The notes beneath the pieces are model-generated. The model was not told where the DNA came from. It searched no databases and saw nothing but the letters and a program-made list of their open reading frames with translations. Shown one piece after another: positions 8,785 to 18,143 of a stretch of 64,000 nucleotides of DNA (positions are counted from its first letter, which is position 1; each line of letters begins with the position of its first letter). Source of the DNA: Candidatus Micrarchaeota archaeon (GTDB lineage: Archaea; Micrarchaeota; Micrarchaeia; Burarchaeales; JAKAKT01); the NCBI GenBank assembly GCA_021813385.1, contig JAKAKT010000095.1, positions 14,194 to 78,193 on the forward strand. Direction: 5' to 3'. The position numbers were made by a program, and so were the translations under genes.

Positions 8785-8952
8785 ATGCAGTTGAATCGGT
8801 TTGAAAAGGCAAGGATAATCGGGGCTAGGGCGCTTCAGCTATCGTTGGGAGCGCCGCCGTTCGTCGAGATAGTCGGCGGTATGATAAATTCGGTGGACAT
8901 CGCTTTTCTTGAGTTCGACAAGGGAGTGATTCCTTTAGCGGTCAAAAAATAA
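8785..8952 (+). CDS. rpoK: DNA-directed RNA polymerase subunit K (Rpo6/omega)
   Basis: [25 protein letters not shown] matches the RpoK core. Confidence 0.7.
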   Translation: MQLNRFEKARIIGARALQLSLGAPPFVEIVGGMINSVDIAFLEFDKGVIPLAVKK

Positions 8953-8965
8953 GCGAGGTGGGGGG

Positions 8966-9538
8966 ATGGGGATAATCGAGATTATGTTTTTGGCACTGTT
9001 TGGGGTCGTTGGGCTTATCGCGATTTACGTCATATTCACTTACAATGGCTTCGTCACGCTCAGCAACCAGGTGAACAACGCCTGGTCGCAGATTGACGTC
9101 CAGCTGAGGCGGAGATACGACCTCATCCCGAACCTGGTGAACACGGTCAAGGGATATGCCAAGCACGAGAAGGAGACGTTCGAGAACGTCACCAAAGCCA
9201 GGGCACAGATGGCCACTGCTATTGACAGCGGGAATGTCAAGGACAAGGCGGCTGCCAACAACATGCTCACTGGCGCCCTGAAGTCGCTGTTCGCCGTTGC
9301 CGAGAATTATCCTGAGCTTAAAGCCAATGAGAACTTCAAGATGCTCCAGGAAGAACTCTCTGGGACAGAGAGCAAGATTGCCTATGCTCGCCAGTTCTAC
9401 AACGACAATGTGATGGCGTTCAACAACAAGGTGCAGTATTTCCCCTCGAATATCATCGCCTCGATGCTTGGGTTCAAGGCGAGGGAATACTTCGAGATAG
9501 AGGAGGCTGCGAAGGGCCCGGTCAAGGTAGAGTTCTAG
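8966..9538 (+). CDS. lemA: LemA family protein
   Basis: N-terminal TM anchor followed by ...[39 protein letters not shown], the LemA signature. Confidence 0.8.
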   Translation: MGIIEIMFLALFGVVGLIAIYVIFTYNGFVTLSNQVNNAWSQIDVQLRRRYDLIPNLVNTVKGYAKHEKETFENVTKARAQMATAIDSGNVKDKAAANNMLTGALKSLFAVAENYPELKANENFKMLQEELSGTESKIAYARQFYNDNVMAFNNKVQYFPSNIIASMLGFKAREYFEIEEAAKGPVKVEF

Positions 9539-9588
9539 TTAATGCCGGGATAGCGAGTTGGCGAGCTTGGGAATCCGAGGCGCTATAT

Positions 9589-10503
9589 ATGGCCCTTCTC
9601 TACGATGAAATAAAATGGAACAAGCGGAAATCGCTCGCCATCACCGCATTTTTCGTTCTCTTTGTCCTAGTCGTATGCTTCGTCTTCGCAGAGGCGCTCG
9701 GGTTCTTTTACGGTACCGAGACGTTGGGGTTCGCTCTTTTCCCTATCCTGATGCTTGTCGCTATCGGCTCGACTTTCGTCAGCTACTATTATTCCGACAA
9801 GATGGTGCTTGCGATTTCCGGGGCAAGGCCTGCTGAGAAGGGCGAGTTCCCCCACCTCGTAAATACGGTTGAGGGGCTCTCGATTGCAGCAGGAATCCCC
9901 TTGCCCAAAATCTACGTGATTGACGACCCCGCCCCTAATGCCTTCGCGACAGGCAGGGACCCGGAGCACTCCGCAATCGCCGTCACGACCGGCCTTCTGA
10001 AAACAATGGGCAGGTATGAGCTCGAGGGCGTGGTAGGGCATGAGATGGCCCACATCAAGAATTACGACATAAGGCTCGCGACTTTCGCCGTCGTGATGGT
10101 TGGGTTTGTAGCTCTCTTGAGCGACTTCATGTTCAGGATAGGGCTGAGGCCGGGCATTGGCGGCGGAGGGGGGAGGAGAAGCGGGGGCGGCGGGGCGGCA
10201 ATCGTGCTCATTGCAATCTTCTTCGCAATCCTCGCCCCGATTTTCGCCCAGCTCGTAAGGCTCGCGATATCAAGAAACAGGGAATACCTTGCTGATGCAA
10301 GCGGTGCCCTTCTCACCAGATATCCAGAGGGGCTTGCGAGCGCATTGGAGAAAATTGCGAAGGACAGCCGCAAGGTAGAGCATGCCACAGACGCGACTGC
10401 GCCGCTTTACATATCGAACCCATTCAAGGGCAATCTCCTTTCTGGGCTGTTCTCGACACATCCGCCGATAGAGGAAAGGGTGAAAAGACTGAGGTCGATG
10501 TGA
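9589..10503 (+). CDS. htpX: M48-family zinc metalloprotease HtpX homolog
   Basis: HEMAHIKNYD (HExxH) between TM segments and a Gly-rich loop. Confidence 0.8.
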   Translation: MALLYDEIKWNKRKSLAITAFFVLFVLVVCFVFAEALGFFYGTETLGFALFPILMLVAIGSTFVSYYYSDKMVLAISGARPAEKGEFPHLVNTVEGLSIAAGIPLPKIYVIDDPAPNAFATGRDPEHSAIAVTTGLLKTMGRYELEGVVGHEMAHIKNYDIRLATFAVVMVGFVALLSDFMFRIGLRPGIGGGGGRRSGGGGAAIVLIAIFFAILAPIFAQLVRLAISRNREYLADASGALLTRYPEGLASALEKIAKDSRKVEHATDATAPLYISNPFKGNLLSGLFSTHPPIEERVKRLRSM

Positions 10504-11523
10504 GTGCAAAAAAATGGCTCGCCCCTTAAGAGATATTTCTCGGTATTGGAAGGGAAGGAAGAGCCCAAGTTTATGCTAACTAAAAAAAAACTGGCTGAGA
10601 GGCCCCGAGGCCTGACCGACGCTTGGAAGAAACATTCGAAAGCGATGTCCGGCTGGGTAAAGGGCCCCGGTGGAATCTCTCTTCTCGCCCTAAAGTCTTA
10701 TATCTCTGGAAAGCTCACTGAATCCTGCGTCTTCTGCGAGCACAGGTGCAAAGTGAACAGGGCGAAGAAGACCGGAACTTGCGGGGTTGGGAAGGATTCG
10801 TTCGTCTCATCTGCATTCGTCCATTTGGGGGAGGAGCCCGAGCTTGTCCCTTCTGGGACGATATTCTTCTCGGGCTGCAACTTCAGCTGCTCGTTCTGCC
10901 AGAATTGGGAGATAAGCCAGGACCCGAAAGGGGGCTATAAGTGGACTCCTGAGATGATTGCCAGTTGGATAACTGGGATGAGGAACGGGATTGCGAACGT
11001 GAATCTCGTTGGGGGCGAGCCGACTCCCCATCTCCATAATATCATTGGCTCCCTTCTTCTGCTCGAAGCCAAGCTTCCGATAATCTGGAACTCGAACATG
11101 TATATGAGCGAGGAAACAATGAGTCTCCTTGATGGAATCGTTGATGTTTACCTGGCTGACTTCAAGTACGGGAACGATAAGTGCGCAAAAGAGCTCTCGG
11201 GGGCCAGCAACTATTTTTCGGTAGTTTCCAGGAACCATCTTCTCGCCCAGAAGGGCTCTGAACTCCTCATCCGCCATCTTGTCCTCCCCGGGCATGTGGA
11301 GTGCTGCTCGAAGCCGGTTCTTAGCTGGATAAGGGAGAACCTTGGGCCAAGGGTTCGCGTGAACATAATGGGCCAGTACAGCCCGAAACACAAGGCGAGC
11401 GGAGATCTCAGAAAGGGAATACGCAGGGAAGAATTCGAAGAGGCGGTCGGGTATGCCAAGGGCATAGGATTGAAGAGCCTCGGCCCAGCTGGTTTTGCTA
11501 GGGATTATGCGGGCTCGGCATAA
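10504..11523 (+). CDS. Radical SAM enzyme, PflA-like (AmmeMemoRadiSam-system type)
   Basis: N-terminal CVFCEHRCKV...TGTCGVG plus the radical SAM motif FFSGCNFSCSFCQNWEISQ, as in archaeal pyruvate formate-lyase-activating-enzyme-like proteins; the true start may lie downstream of 10504. Confidence 0.7.
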   Translation: MQKNGSPLKRYFSVLEGKEEPKFMLTKKKLAERPRGLTDAWKKHSKAMSGWVKGPGGISLLALKSYISGKLTESCVFCEHRCKVNRAKKTGTCGVGKDSFVSSAFVHLGEEPELVPSGTIFFSGCNFSCSFCQNWEISQDPKGGYKWTPEMIASWITGMRNGIANVNLVGGEPTPHLHNIIGSLLLLEAKLPIIWNSNMYMSEETMSLLDGIVDVYLADFKYGNDKCAKELSGASNYFSVVSRNHLLAQKGSELLIRHLVLPGHVECCSKPVLSWIRENLGPRVRVNIMGQYSPKHKASGDLRKGIRREEFEEAVGYAKGIGLKSLGPAGFARDYAGSA

Positions 11524-12308
11524 GGCTCGACCTTGAAAGGCGCCTCGACAAGCTCGATGTGCCCATTCAGCAAGCCGGCATAAAGAAGGACCCTCTTCTC
11601 GGAATCCACCCAGACAACCTGCGTCCAGTTCTCTGCAGGGAATCCCTTCCCATTGCTTACCCGCCTAACAGTTGAGTCGATTATCACCTTGAACGCCATT
11701 CTTCCTTTGACTTTACCTATGGCAGCAACGCGATAGGTTGAGCTCGATTCGATTGACTCGACCGAACCCATCCACTCGACAGTGGTGTTCATGCCGTTCC
11801 CCCACGTCCAGTTTTCAGTTAGCGCCAGCATCCAGGGCTGGGTGAACTGGGGCACGATTCCTGCCTGTTGGCCCGGGGCCTGCTGGTCAGGGCCCTGCTG
11901 GACCTTCGGCTCGCCGGTCAGTTCGTCGAGGCAAAACGGCACCGTTACCCCGTTGGAATCGGCTTCCACGACTATGCATCCCTGGGCCCTTTCCTTAACC
12001 GTGCTGTTCAGCCTAACCTTTCCGAGCGACTGGTCGAAAAGCTCATAAACATATTTTTCCCCTGGGGCGAGCTTGAGGCCGGTTACAGGCACGAGCGGGC
12101 CCATGTACGAAGTGTTGATTGGCGGCGGGATTGGCTTCGTCATCACATAGAGGACAAAGATGAAAAACGCGAGCGCTATCAGCAGCATGAACCATGTTGT
12201 CTTGGAAAAGTTGAGCGAGAAGGCGCTCTTGAACACGGACATCGCCGATTTCTTGCTCTCCGGTTTTTCAATCTTTTCCTTTTTTGCCTTTTTCACTTGC
12301 CCCACCAA
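11505..12308 (-). CDS. Hypothetical membrane-anchored or exported protein
   Basis: Lys-rich N-terminus, then a hydrophobic anchor (WFMLLIALAFFIFVLYV), then a soluble domain. Confidence 0.45.
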   Translation of the reverse strand: MVGQVKKAKKEKIEKPESKKSAMSVFKSAFSLNFSKTTWFMLLIALAFFIFVLYVMTKPIPPPINTSYMGPLVPVTGLKLAPGEKYVYELFDQSLGKVRLNSTVKERAQGCIVVEADSNGVTVPFCLDELTGEPKVQQGPDQQAPGQQAGIVPQFTQPWMLALTENWTWGNGMNTTVEWMGSVESIESSSTYRVAAIGKVKGRMAFKVIIDSTVRRVSNGKGFPAENWTQVVWVDSEKRVLLYAGLLNGHIELVEAPFKVEPYAEPA

Positions 12309-12346
12309 AAGTATTAATTAATGACAAATGCTTTAAAGTGTTGGGT

Positions 12347-12811
12347 ATGTTCATGCAGAAAGTCGAGATAAGCAAGGCGAATGGCAAGAAAAAGAGGAGC
12401 CCGTTCTGCTCAAAAGTGATGTCTTCGCTCAAGGGAGCGGATTTCTCTCCCCCGGAGCTCAAGAAGCTTGAAAGCATAATAAGCGAAGCTGAAGAAAGGG
12501 ACGAGGTGCTCGCCCAGGGGATGGCGACAGTTCTCGATTTGGCGGGGCTCCCACCCGAGGATATGGATGAGATTATAAAGATTCTCGAGAAGGCTTACGA
12601 GAATGTGAGGGAAGGGAAGGAGCCGTTCGCTGAAAAGGACATCGAGAAGCTCGAGGCCTTGCTGGAGGAGAAGATTTCGCCGAATGCGCTTGCCAGGATT
12701 GAAGCAAACCTCTCAAAGCCGAATGAGGAGTTGCTCGGGGCTCTTGCTGAAAGCCTCGAGAAGAAATCCGAGAGGTCAGAAAAGTTAAAGGCCACCCCGA
12801 GGAAAAAATAA
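12347..12811 (+). CDS. Hypothetical acidic alpha-helical protein
   Basis: ATG at 12347 with a TATA-like ctttaaa about 20 bp upstream; Glu/Lys-rich helical sequence. Confidence 0.45.
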   Translation: MFMQKVEISKANGKKKRSPFCSKVMSSLKGADFSPPELKKLESIISEAEERDEVLAQGMATVLDLAGLPPEDMDEIIKILEKAYENVREGKEPFAEKDIEKLEALLEEKISPNALARIEANLSKPNEELLGALAESLEKKSERSEKLKATPRKK

Positions 12812-13795
12812 CTAAATCTTAATTTGCCTTGGCGCGTTAAAGCGCTGATGCCTCGGCACGGATAAGCCAAGCAAGCCGCAATTTCTCCGCAAATCCGCCA
12901 TATAACTTCTTCGGCCAGGTTTGCCAAGAGTTCGAGTTTCACTCCCGCCGGCTTGCGAAGAGAGAAGTGTGTTCACTGCCGACTTCAGCAGTCCTAGTTG
13001 CTCGATGCTGATAACCTTCGCCCCGAGGTCTTCGAAAGGCGCCCACCTGTCCACGTCTTCGGCCAACACGAGAATCTTGATTTTCGGGTCAAACTTCTGC
13101 ATCTCGTTGATTGCATTGAGGACGCTAGTATTTCTATCTATCTTCACTAGGATTTCTGGAAGGATGAAAATCACAAGGTCGCACGAGGTATTATTTTCCG
13201 CCCAATACGCAAACCCATTTGAAGCATCACCTGGGCCGGTCGCTTGGACAATTATCCTTCCATCTGCCGTGACTTCATTTGCAACCAAATTGCTCTTCTC
13301 TCCTACTCCGACAACAATTATCTTTTCTTTTGGGGCCGTTTCTTCGCCCAGAATTGACCGCTCGCCGTGCTTTTGCGCCAAATCATCAAGGACTATCAGG
13401 AGCGCATCAGGAACTTTCGGCTTGTAGGACTCATCACAAAGGTCGAGCTTGTTTATTGTCGCAGTTGCTCCTCTTGACTCTGCAATTTTCGAGAGGTGTT
13501 CAAAGTCAACTTTGTCATACGCCCGGCTGCAAATTATTATCGGCGTTTCATTATCATTATTCACGAGGCGGATTCCGTTAAGCACCTGTTCGCCCCCGTA
13601 ATCCATCCTAATATCAGAGATGACGAGGTCGAAAGATTTTCCGCTGGCTTTAGCATCCCTGTAGAACCCGAGCCCGGGCAGGCTGTCAGAGCATTCGAGT
13701 ATATCGTGGTCTATGCCTCCGAGCGCCTTCTTGATTGCCCCTATCACGAGGTCACGGTCCTCTTTCTTGTCGTCGATTAATAGGATTCTAATCAT
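12812..13795 (-). CDS. Response-regulator receiver-domain protein with a second alpha/beta (pseudo-receiver-like) domain
   Basis: MIRILLIDDKKEDRDL...FDLVISDIRMD...IIICS...KLD is a CheY-like receiver with the conserved DD, D, S/T and K; no recognisable DNA-binding or enzymatic output domain. Confidence 0.6.
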   Translation of the reverse strand: MIRILLIDDKKEDRDLVIGAIKKALGGIDHDILECSDSLPGLGFYRDAKASGKSFDLVISDIRMDYGGEQVLNGIRLVNNDNETPIIICSRAYDKVDFEHLSKIAESRGATATINKLDLCDESYKPKVPDALLIVLDDLAQKHGERSILGEETAPKEKIIVVGVGEKSNLVANEVTADGRIIVQATGPGDASNGFAYWAENNTSCDLVIFILPEILVKIDRNTSVLNAINEMQKFDPKIKILVLAEDVDRWAPFEDLGAKVISIEQLGLLKSAVNTLLSSQAGGSETRTLGKPGRRSYMADLRRNCGLLGLSVPRHQRFNAPRQIKI

Positions 13796-13803
13796 GATAT
13801 CGC

Positions 13804-14373
13804 CTAGCCCGTCATCCCCTTAAAGAAGTGCGGGTCCCTTCCCCGCACTGGTCTTCTGGCCGGATTTGCCCTATGCCTTCTTTCGAGAACATCCGGGCGC
13901 GAAAGCATGCCGCTTGCCCGGCTCCTTATTCCGTCTGGCTCCAGGCCAATCATGCTGTTTAATGCGTTCGCAAGGTTTGTCTGGTGGGCCGAAGGATTTC
14001 CTGGGATTAAACGGGCATATTTATGCCGACTCGCCATATCTGAAAAAGAGAAGTCAACTCCGATTTCCCCGAAAATCAATGTTTTCGCCCCTAGTTCATT
14101 GGCCTTGTCGACAAATCCCCAGAAACCCAACCCATTACCGAATTTATCCGATTCTTTTCCCATCAGTATTACCAGGCTGTACGGCTTCCCTTGTGAGCAT
14201 GCTTCGGTCAATTCCTTCAGGGCTGCCGGGCCTTCAACACGCTTTACTGAGACCTTGTTTCTATAGGAAGAATTAAGCTCCGACGATATCCGCTCGCCGT
14301 TCCAGCTTCCGAGAGAGATGCCATCCTGCGGTGCCACTAGGAGTATCTTTGTCGTTTCATCTCCCATAAACAC
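13804..14373 (-). CDS. Hypothetical alpha/beta protein, co-operonic with the receiver protein
   Basis: KILLVAPQDG...YSLVILMGKE pattern; 9 bp from the downstream gene. Confidence 0.4.
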   Translation of the reverse strand: MFMGDETTKILLVAPQDGISLGSWNGERISSELNSSYRNKVSVKRVEGPAALKELTEACSQGKPYSLVILMGKESDKFGNGLGFWGFVDKANELGAKTLIFGEIGVDFSFSDMASRHKYARLIPGNPSAHQTNLANALNSMIGLEPDGIRSRASGMLSRPDVLERRHRANPARRPVRGRDPHFFKGMTG

Positions 14374-14448
14374 ACCTCCCAGAATAAGTAATATGTTATG
14401 CGGTTTCGGATTTTAAAACCTTTGCAGGGCCTCGGATTCCAGAAAAAA

Positions 14449-15039
14449 TCAGCCTTTTGTCTTCTGCGGTCCCCCTGTCTCCTTGTTTCGCGGGACGCCC
14501 TTGCTTGGCATTGCTGCGCGCTGGGCCCTAAGGAGTATGTCGGTCTTTGATAAGGTGCCTGTTTCAGAAAAAGCTCTTGCAGCCAGCCTTGTAGCGGCTC
14601 TTGATTCCCTGACTATCCCGGTGATTTTCGATTCGACGTAACTCGGTCGCCTCTGCAGTGAAACTAGCGGAATGGTCCGGGCATAATTCCTCATTTCCGC
14701 TATCTGCCCGTTTGTCCATTCACCAGGCACGGTGAAAATAACTGAGTTTAGCCCGAGCGTTAAACGGGCGCCCATGGGCGTACTGAGCAAGACTGCTCGG
14801 TGGCCGGCTCCCGCGGCCGGGGAGTGTACATTGAACACGACCAAAAGGTCGAATGGGCTGCCTTTCCTCGCCCCACTGAATAGGTTATCATAAGCCACTG
14901 TGGATGGGACGAAGGTTACGTCATTAGCTTGCCGAAGAATCGAAACCGCTGCCTCGATGATGCCGAACTGCCCATGGGTCATCGCGAGCGAGTGTGTTGC
15001 CAGTATCCTCGGTCTATCATCCTTCGAATCGCTTTGCAT
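14449..15039 (-). CDS. Hypothetical alpha/beta (Rossmann-like) protein
   Basis: PRILATHSLAMTHGQFG...FDLLVVFNVHSPAAGAGHRAVLLS; family not recognised. Confidence 0.4.
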   Translation of the reverse strand: MQSDSKDDRPRILATHSLAMTHGQFGIIEAAVSILRQANDVTFVPSTVAYDNLFSGARKGSPFDLLVVFNVHSPAAGAGHRAVLLSTPMGARLTLGLNSVIFTVPGEWTNGQIAEMRNYARTIPLVSLQRRPSYVESKITGIVRESRAATRLAARAFSETGTLSKTDILLRAQRAAMPSKGVPRNKETGGPQKTKG

Positions 15040-15064
15040 GTTTGTCTTGTTTGCTCCGATACTT

Positions 15065-15822
15065 TTAACTTTTTCGGAACATCTCGAGTGCCTCTTCTTC
15101 CAGGAAATGGAGCTTCCCTGGGAAAATCAGGATGAACGGAGGAGCACCGAGGTCTTTTTCTAGCAACTCGCTTATTTTTCCAAAATTTATTCGCTGGCTC
15201 TCGCTCCCGATTCTGCTTAGCACAACAACCAAATCTCCCGCTCTCGCGACTTTTTGTTTTTTAGTTTTCTCCATTCCCCCCAAAAGCTCGAGCGCTTCCT
15301 TCGCATCCATCATCTTTTCCGCAATATCGAGAAAAACCATCGTGTGCAGGCCGCGGGACTTGTTTTCCGCAATGACATCGTAGGTGCTCGTGGGCTTGTA
15401 ATTTTCTCTCCAGAAAGGGAGCGTGACAGTTTTCCCGAACTTGTAAATCTGAAGGCCGGTTTCGCCAACCGCGGCGGTGAAAATCGAGGAGGAATGAATG
15501 ATTCTTGTTTCGATTTTTCTTTTGCGAGCTGAGAGCAGCAATGATATGTGGGTCGTGGAAATCATCGGGTCCCCGCCAACAAGAAGGCATACCGGGTGAA
15601 GCTTGGCTTCGGAAAGAATTTTCTCTTCCCCCTCGACATCCTCTCGGGTAAGAATTGTTATCTTCTTCCCGCTTATTTTCTCGAGATTCTCGATTGTTTT
15701 CTCGCTCCCGAAATGGGTGTATCTCTCGGCGAAAACGATTTCCGCTTCCTTCAGGGCTTCGAGGCCCCTGACTGAGATGTCCTTTTCGTCCCAGATCCCC
15801 AAACCTACGAGAGTAAGCATCC
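15065..15822 (-). CDS. dphB: Diphthine synthase (EF-2 diphthamide biosynthesis methyltransferase)
   Basis: MLTLVGLGIWDEKDISVRGLEALKEAEIVFAERYT...GLHTMVFLDI...PPFILIFPGKLH aligns with archaeal DphB along its full length; the track start at 15892 is over-extended. Confidence 0.8.
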
Positions 15823-15884
15823 TAGACGCCTCCGCCGAACGGGCAAGCCGGCGAGCTTCCGAACCGGGTTTGGAGTTTGGCATT

Positions 15885-16778
15885 CTAAGCACCAGTCATC
15901 AATGTGAGTATATCCCTTACCCCCGGGGCGAGGCCGAAGATTATCAGCAGGAGGATGATGAAGTCCCTTTCCTGGCCCTTCGCGTCCTTTTCAGTGACCT
16001 GGGCGGCGATTGCCGAAAATATGAGTTTTATCGCGAAGAAAAGGAAATAGCCGCCGATTGGCGCAAACAGGGTGTTCCCGAGCTCCCCAACTCCTGCAGA
16101 AACGACATGCTGCTCCCCATAGCAGTGCCTCATCTGGGTGCAGGCTGGCTCGAACTTGTTCCAGATGCTTATGGTCACGTATGTTGCCGCTCCATCGAGG
16201 GCGTGCGCAAAGACAACCAGTGAAGAAAAGGGGCGGACTTTGACATGGACCAGATAGAAGTATCCTGCAAGCCCACCGATGAAGGCCAGAACGAGGACCA
16301 GCAAACCGTATGTCCAGTAAGTCATCAATGGGAGAAGAAAAATCAGGTGCGGGACCCAGAGGGCGAGGCCGAAAGCCGGAGCGAGCAGCGGTTTCTTTAA
16401 CCGGTTTGCAACGAGAATCGAGAAAAATGTCAATAGGCCGATAACAACATAAATTCCCGGGGTAACTGTCAGATATCCGTAGTCATAGATGTGCGAGTCC
16501 TGGACTGCCCCCAGGAGCCCGAAGAGCGCATCCCTGTGCGCCCCCATCGAACCCCTGTCGGCTGCATCCACTATCGAGCGCATTGTCGAGCCCAGTAGGA
16601 TGAACGGGATTACCGAGAGGACGAACTTCTGGTCGATATGGACCTTTTCCTTTTTCAGGATTTTGTACATCAGGTAAGCTGCTGCGAGGGCGATGAGCCC
16701 GTAAACGATTGTATTGACCGGGTTGTAGCCTGTCCTGTCCCAAATCGGTTCGATGAAATACTGTTGGAAAAAGTCCAT
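15885..16778 (-). CDS. DUF63-family archaeal membrane protein
   Basis: MDFFQQYFIEPIWDRTGYNPVNTIVYGLIALAAAY is the typical DUF63 N-terminus; multi-TM. Confidence 0.65.
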   Translation of the reverse strand: MDFFQQYFIEPIWDRTGYNPVNTIVYGLIALAAAYLMYKILKKEKVHIDQKFVLSVIPFILLGSTMRSIVDAADRGSMGAHRDALFGLLGAVQDSHIYDYGYLTVTPGIYVVIGLLTFFSILVANRLKKPLLAPAFGLALWVPHLIFLLPLMTYWTYGLLVLVLAFIGGLAGYFYLVHVKVRPFSSLVVFAHALDGAATYVTISIWNKFEPACTQMRHCYGEQHVVSAGVGELGNTLFAPIGGYFLFFAIKLIFSAIAAQVTEKDAKGQERDFIILLLIIFGLAPGVRDILTLMTGA

Positions 16779-16842
16779 GGAAATTATTATTATAGTTAAT
16801 AACAAAAAGCTACTGGGGAGAACTCGGGCGCGGGTGGTTAGA

Positions 16843-16975
16843 GATGAAGCCTTATTGCTCGATGCTCACCGGGATTGGATTCATGCGGGGTAGCTGGATA
16901 TGAAGCTGGATTGCTCAGTGTGCTTCGAATATCGGGGATGTGGAACATGAAGCCTGATTACTCGATATGCGTGAC
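16843..16975 (+). repeat. Three imperfect direct repeats (about 52 bp period) of the Nre gene translation-start region
   Basis: gatgaagccttattgctcgatgctc / atatgaagctggattgctcagtgtgc / acatgaagcctgattactcgatatgc; the third copy is the actual start (MKPDYSICV). Confidence 0.5.
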
Positions 16976-18140
16976 ATGCAAGGGAAGCAGGAGGCTCTGC
17001 GGCCTCGAGTTCTGCCCGCACATACAGAAGCTCAGCTACCAGCTCGAGGCTGCGCCTGAGATGAGGCAGGAAGTCTTCGGCCCCTCGCCTCCGAATGTTT
17101 TCGTCGGGCATTACAACTACCCGGTTGTCAATTGGGGCCCGATGGTCTCGTTAGGGCAGAACAGCGACACTCCGGGCGACTGGTACGGGCTGGACTACGG
17201 GGAAGTGATAAGGCAGAGGTCGATGCTTGTGCGGGGCAGCAGGCCGCAGCACGTGAAAACAAGGGAAAGGCTCGTTCTCGAGGCGCAGGATGCAGTAATG
17301 TCCCTCAAAAGCGTGGACATGGAAGTCAGGTTCTCGAAGAAGCCGGTTTTCAACATGAGCTTTTCCGGGGTGCTTCAGCCAATGGGGGCAGTCGCTCCTC
17401 TCGACAGGATGAGGGTTGCCGACAACCCGACTATCCCGAGGAAAGTCGACTCGGTGGTCGGGGAGGGGCTGAAAGCGGAGCAGGCGATGAGGGAATTGAG
17501 CTCGAAAGGCTATGAGAATTATTACTTGATGAAGCTCCTGACAGCGGGAATCCTCGGGGCCCCGGATGACAGGAAGCTCGTCCCGACCCGCTGGGGGATA
17601 ACTGCCACGGACGATATGCTCGCGAAAGGGGCGATGGAGAGGATAAGGGATTACAAGGAGCTCGGAGAGTTCACGGTATTCTCGAACGAATATCTCCACA
17701 ACCACTTCGAGATTTTGCTGATGCCCGGAAGCTGGGAATACGAGGGTTTCGAGGCCTGGGCTCCGGGGACGGTCTGGACCCAGGGGGCGAGTTCTTACAA
17801 GATAGTCGAGGAACGAGAGCCTTTTGAGGGAAGGACCAAATACGCGGACAAGCAGGGGGGAGGCTATTACGCTGCGAGATATGGCGTGTGCGAGGGGCTC
17901 GACGGGATGAAGCGGCAGGCGAGGGCCATTGTGTTCCGGGAAATTTACGAGGGCTACATGCTCCCGATGGGAGTCTGGGTTATCCGGGAAACTGTCAAGA
18001 AAGCGTTCGAGAAAGGGGGGAAGAAGTTCGCGAGCAGGGATGAGGCGCTTGCCGACGTGTTCTCGAGATTGCGGGTCCCGATGAGAAAATATCTCGAGGA
18101 AAGCTTCTTCTTGAGGCAGAGGAGATTGACAGATTTTTAG
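16947..18140 (+). CDS. Nre-family archaeal DNA-repair-associated protein (NreA/NreB-like) with a C-terminal PIP-like box
   Basis: N-terminal Cys cluster ICVTCKGSRRLCGLEFCP; about 398 aa; the extreme C-terminus QRRLTDF fits Qxx[LIM]xxF. Confidence 0.55.
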   Translation: MKPDYSICVTCKGSRRLCGLEFCPHIQKLSYQLEAAPEMRQEVFGPSPPNVFVGHYNYPVVNWGPMVSLGQNSDTPGDWYGLDYGEVIRQRSMLVRGSRPQHVKTRERLVLEAQDAVMSLKSVDMEVRFSKKPVFNMSFSGVLQPMGAVAPLDRMRVADNPTIPRKVDSVVGEGLKAEQAMRELSSKGYENYYLMKLLTAGILGAPDDRKLVPTRWGITATDDMLAKGAMERIRDYKELGEFTVFSNEYLHNHFEILLMPGSWEYEGFEAWAPGTVWTQGASSYKIVEEREPFEGRTKYADKQGGGYYAARYGVCEGLDGMKRQARAIVFREIYEGYMLPMGVWVIRETVKKAFEKGGKKFASRDEALADVFSRLRVPMRKYLEESFFLRQRRLTDF

Positions 18141-18143
18141 TCG

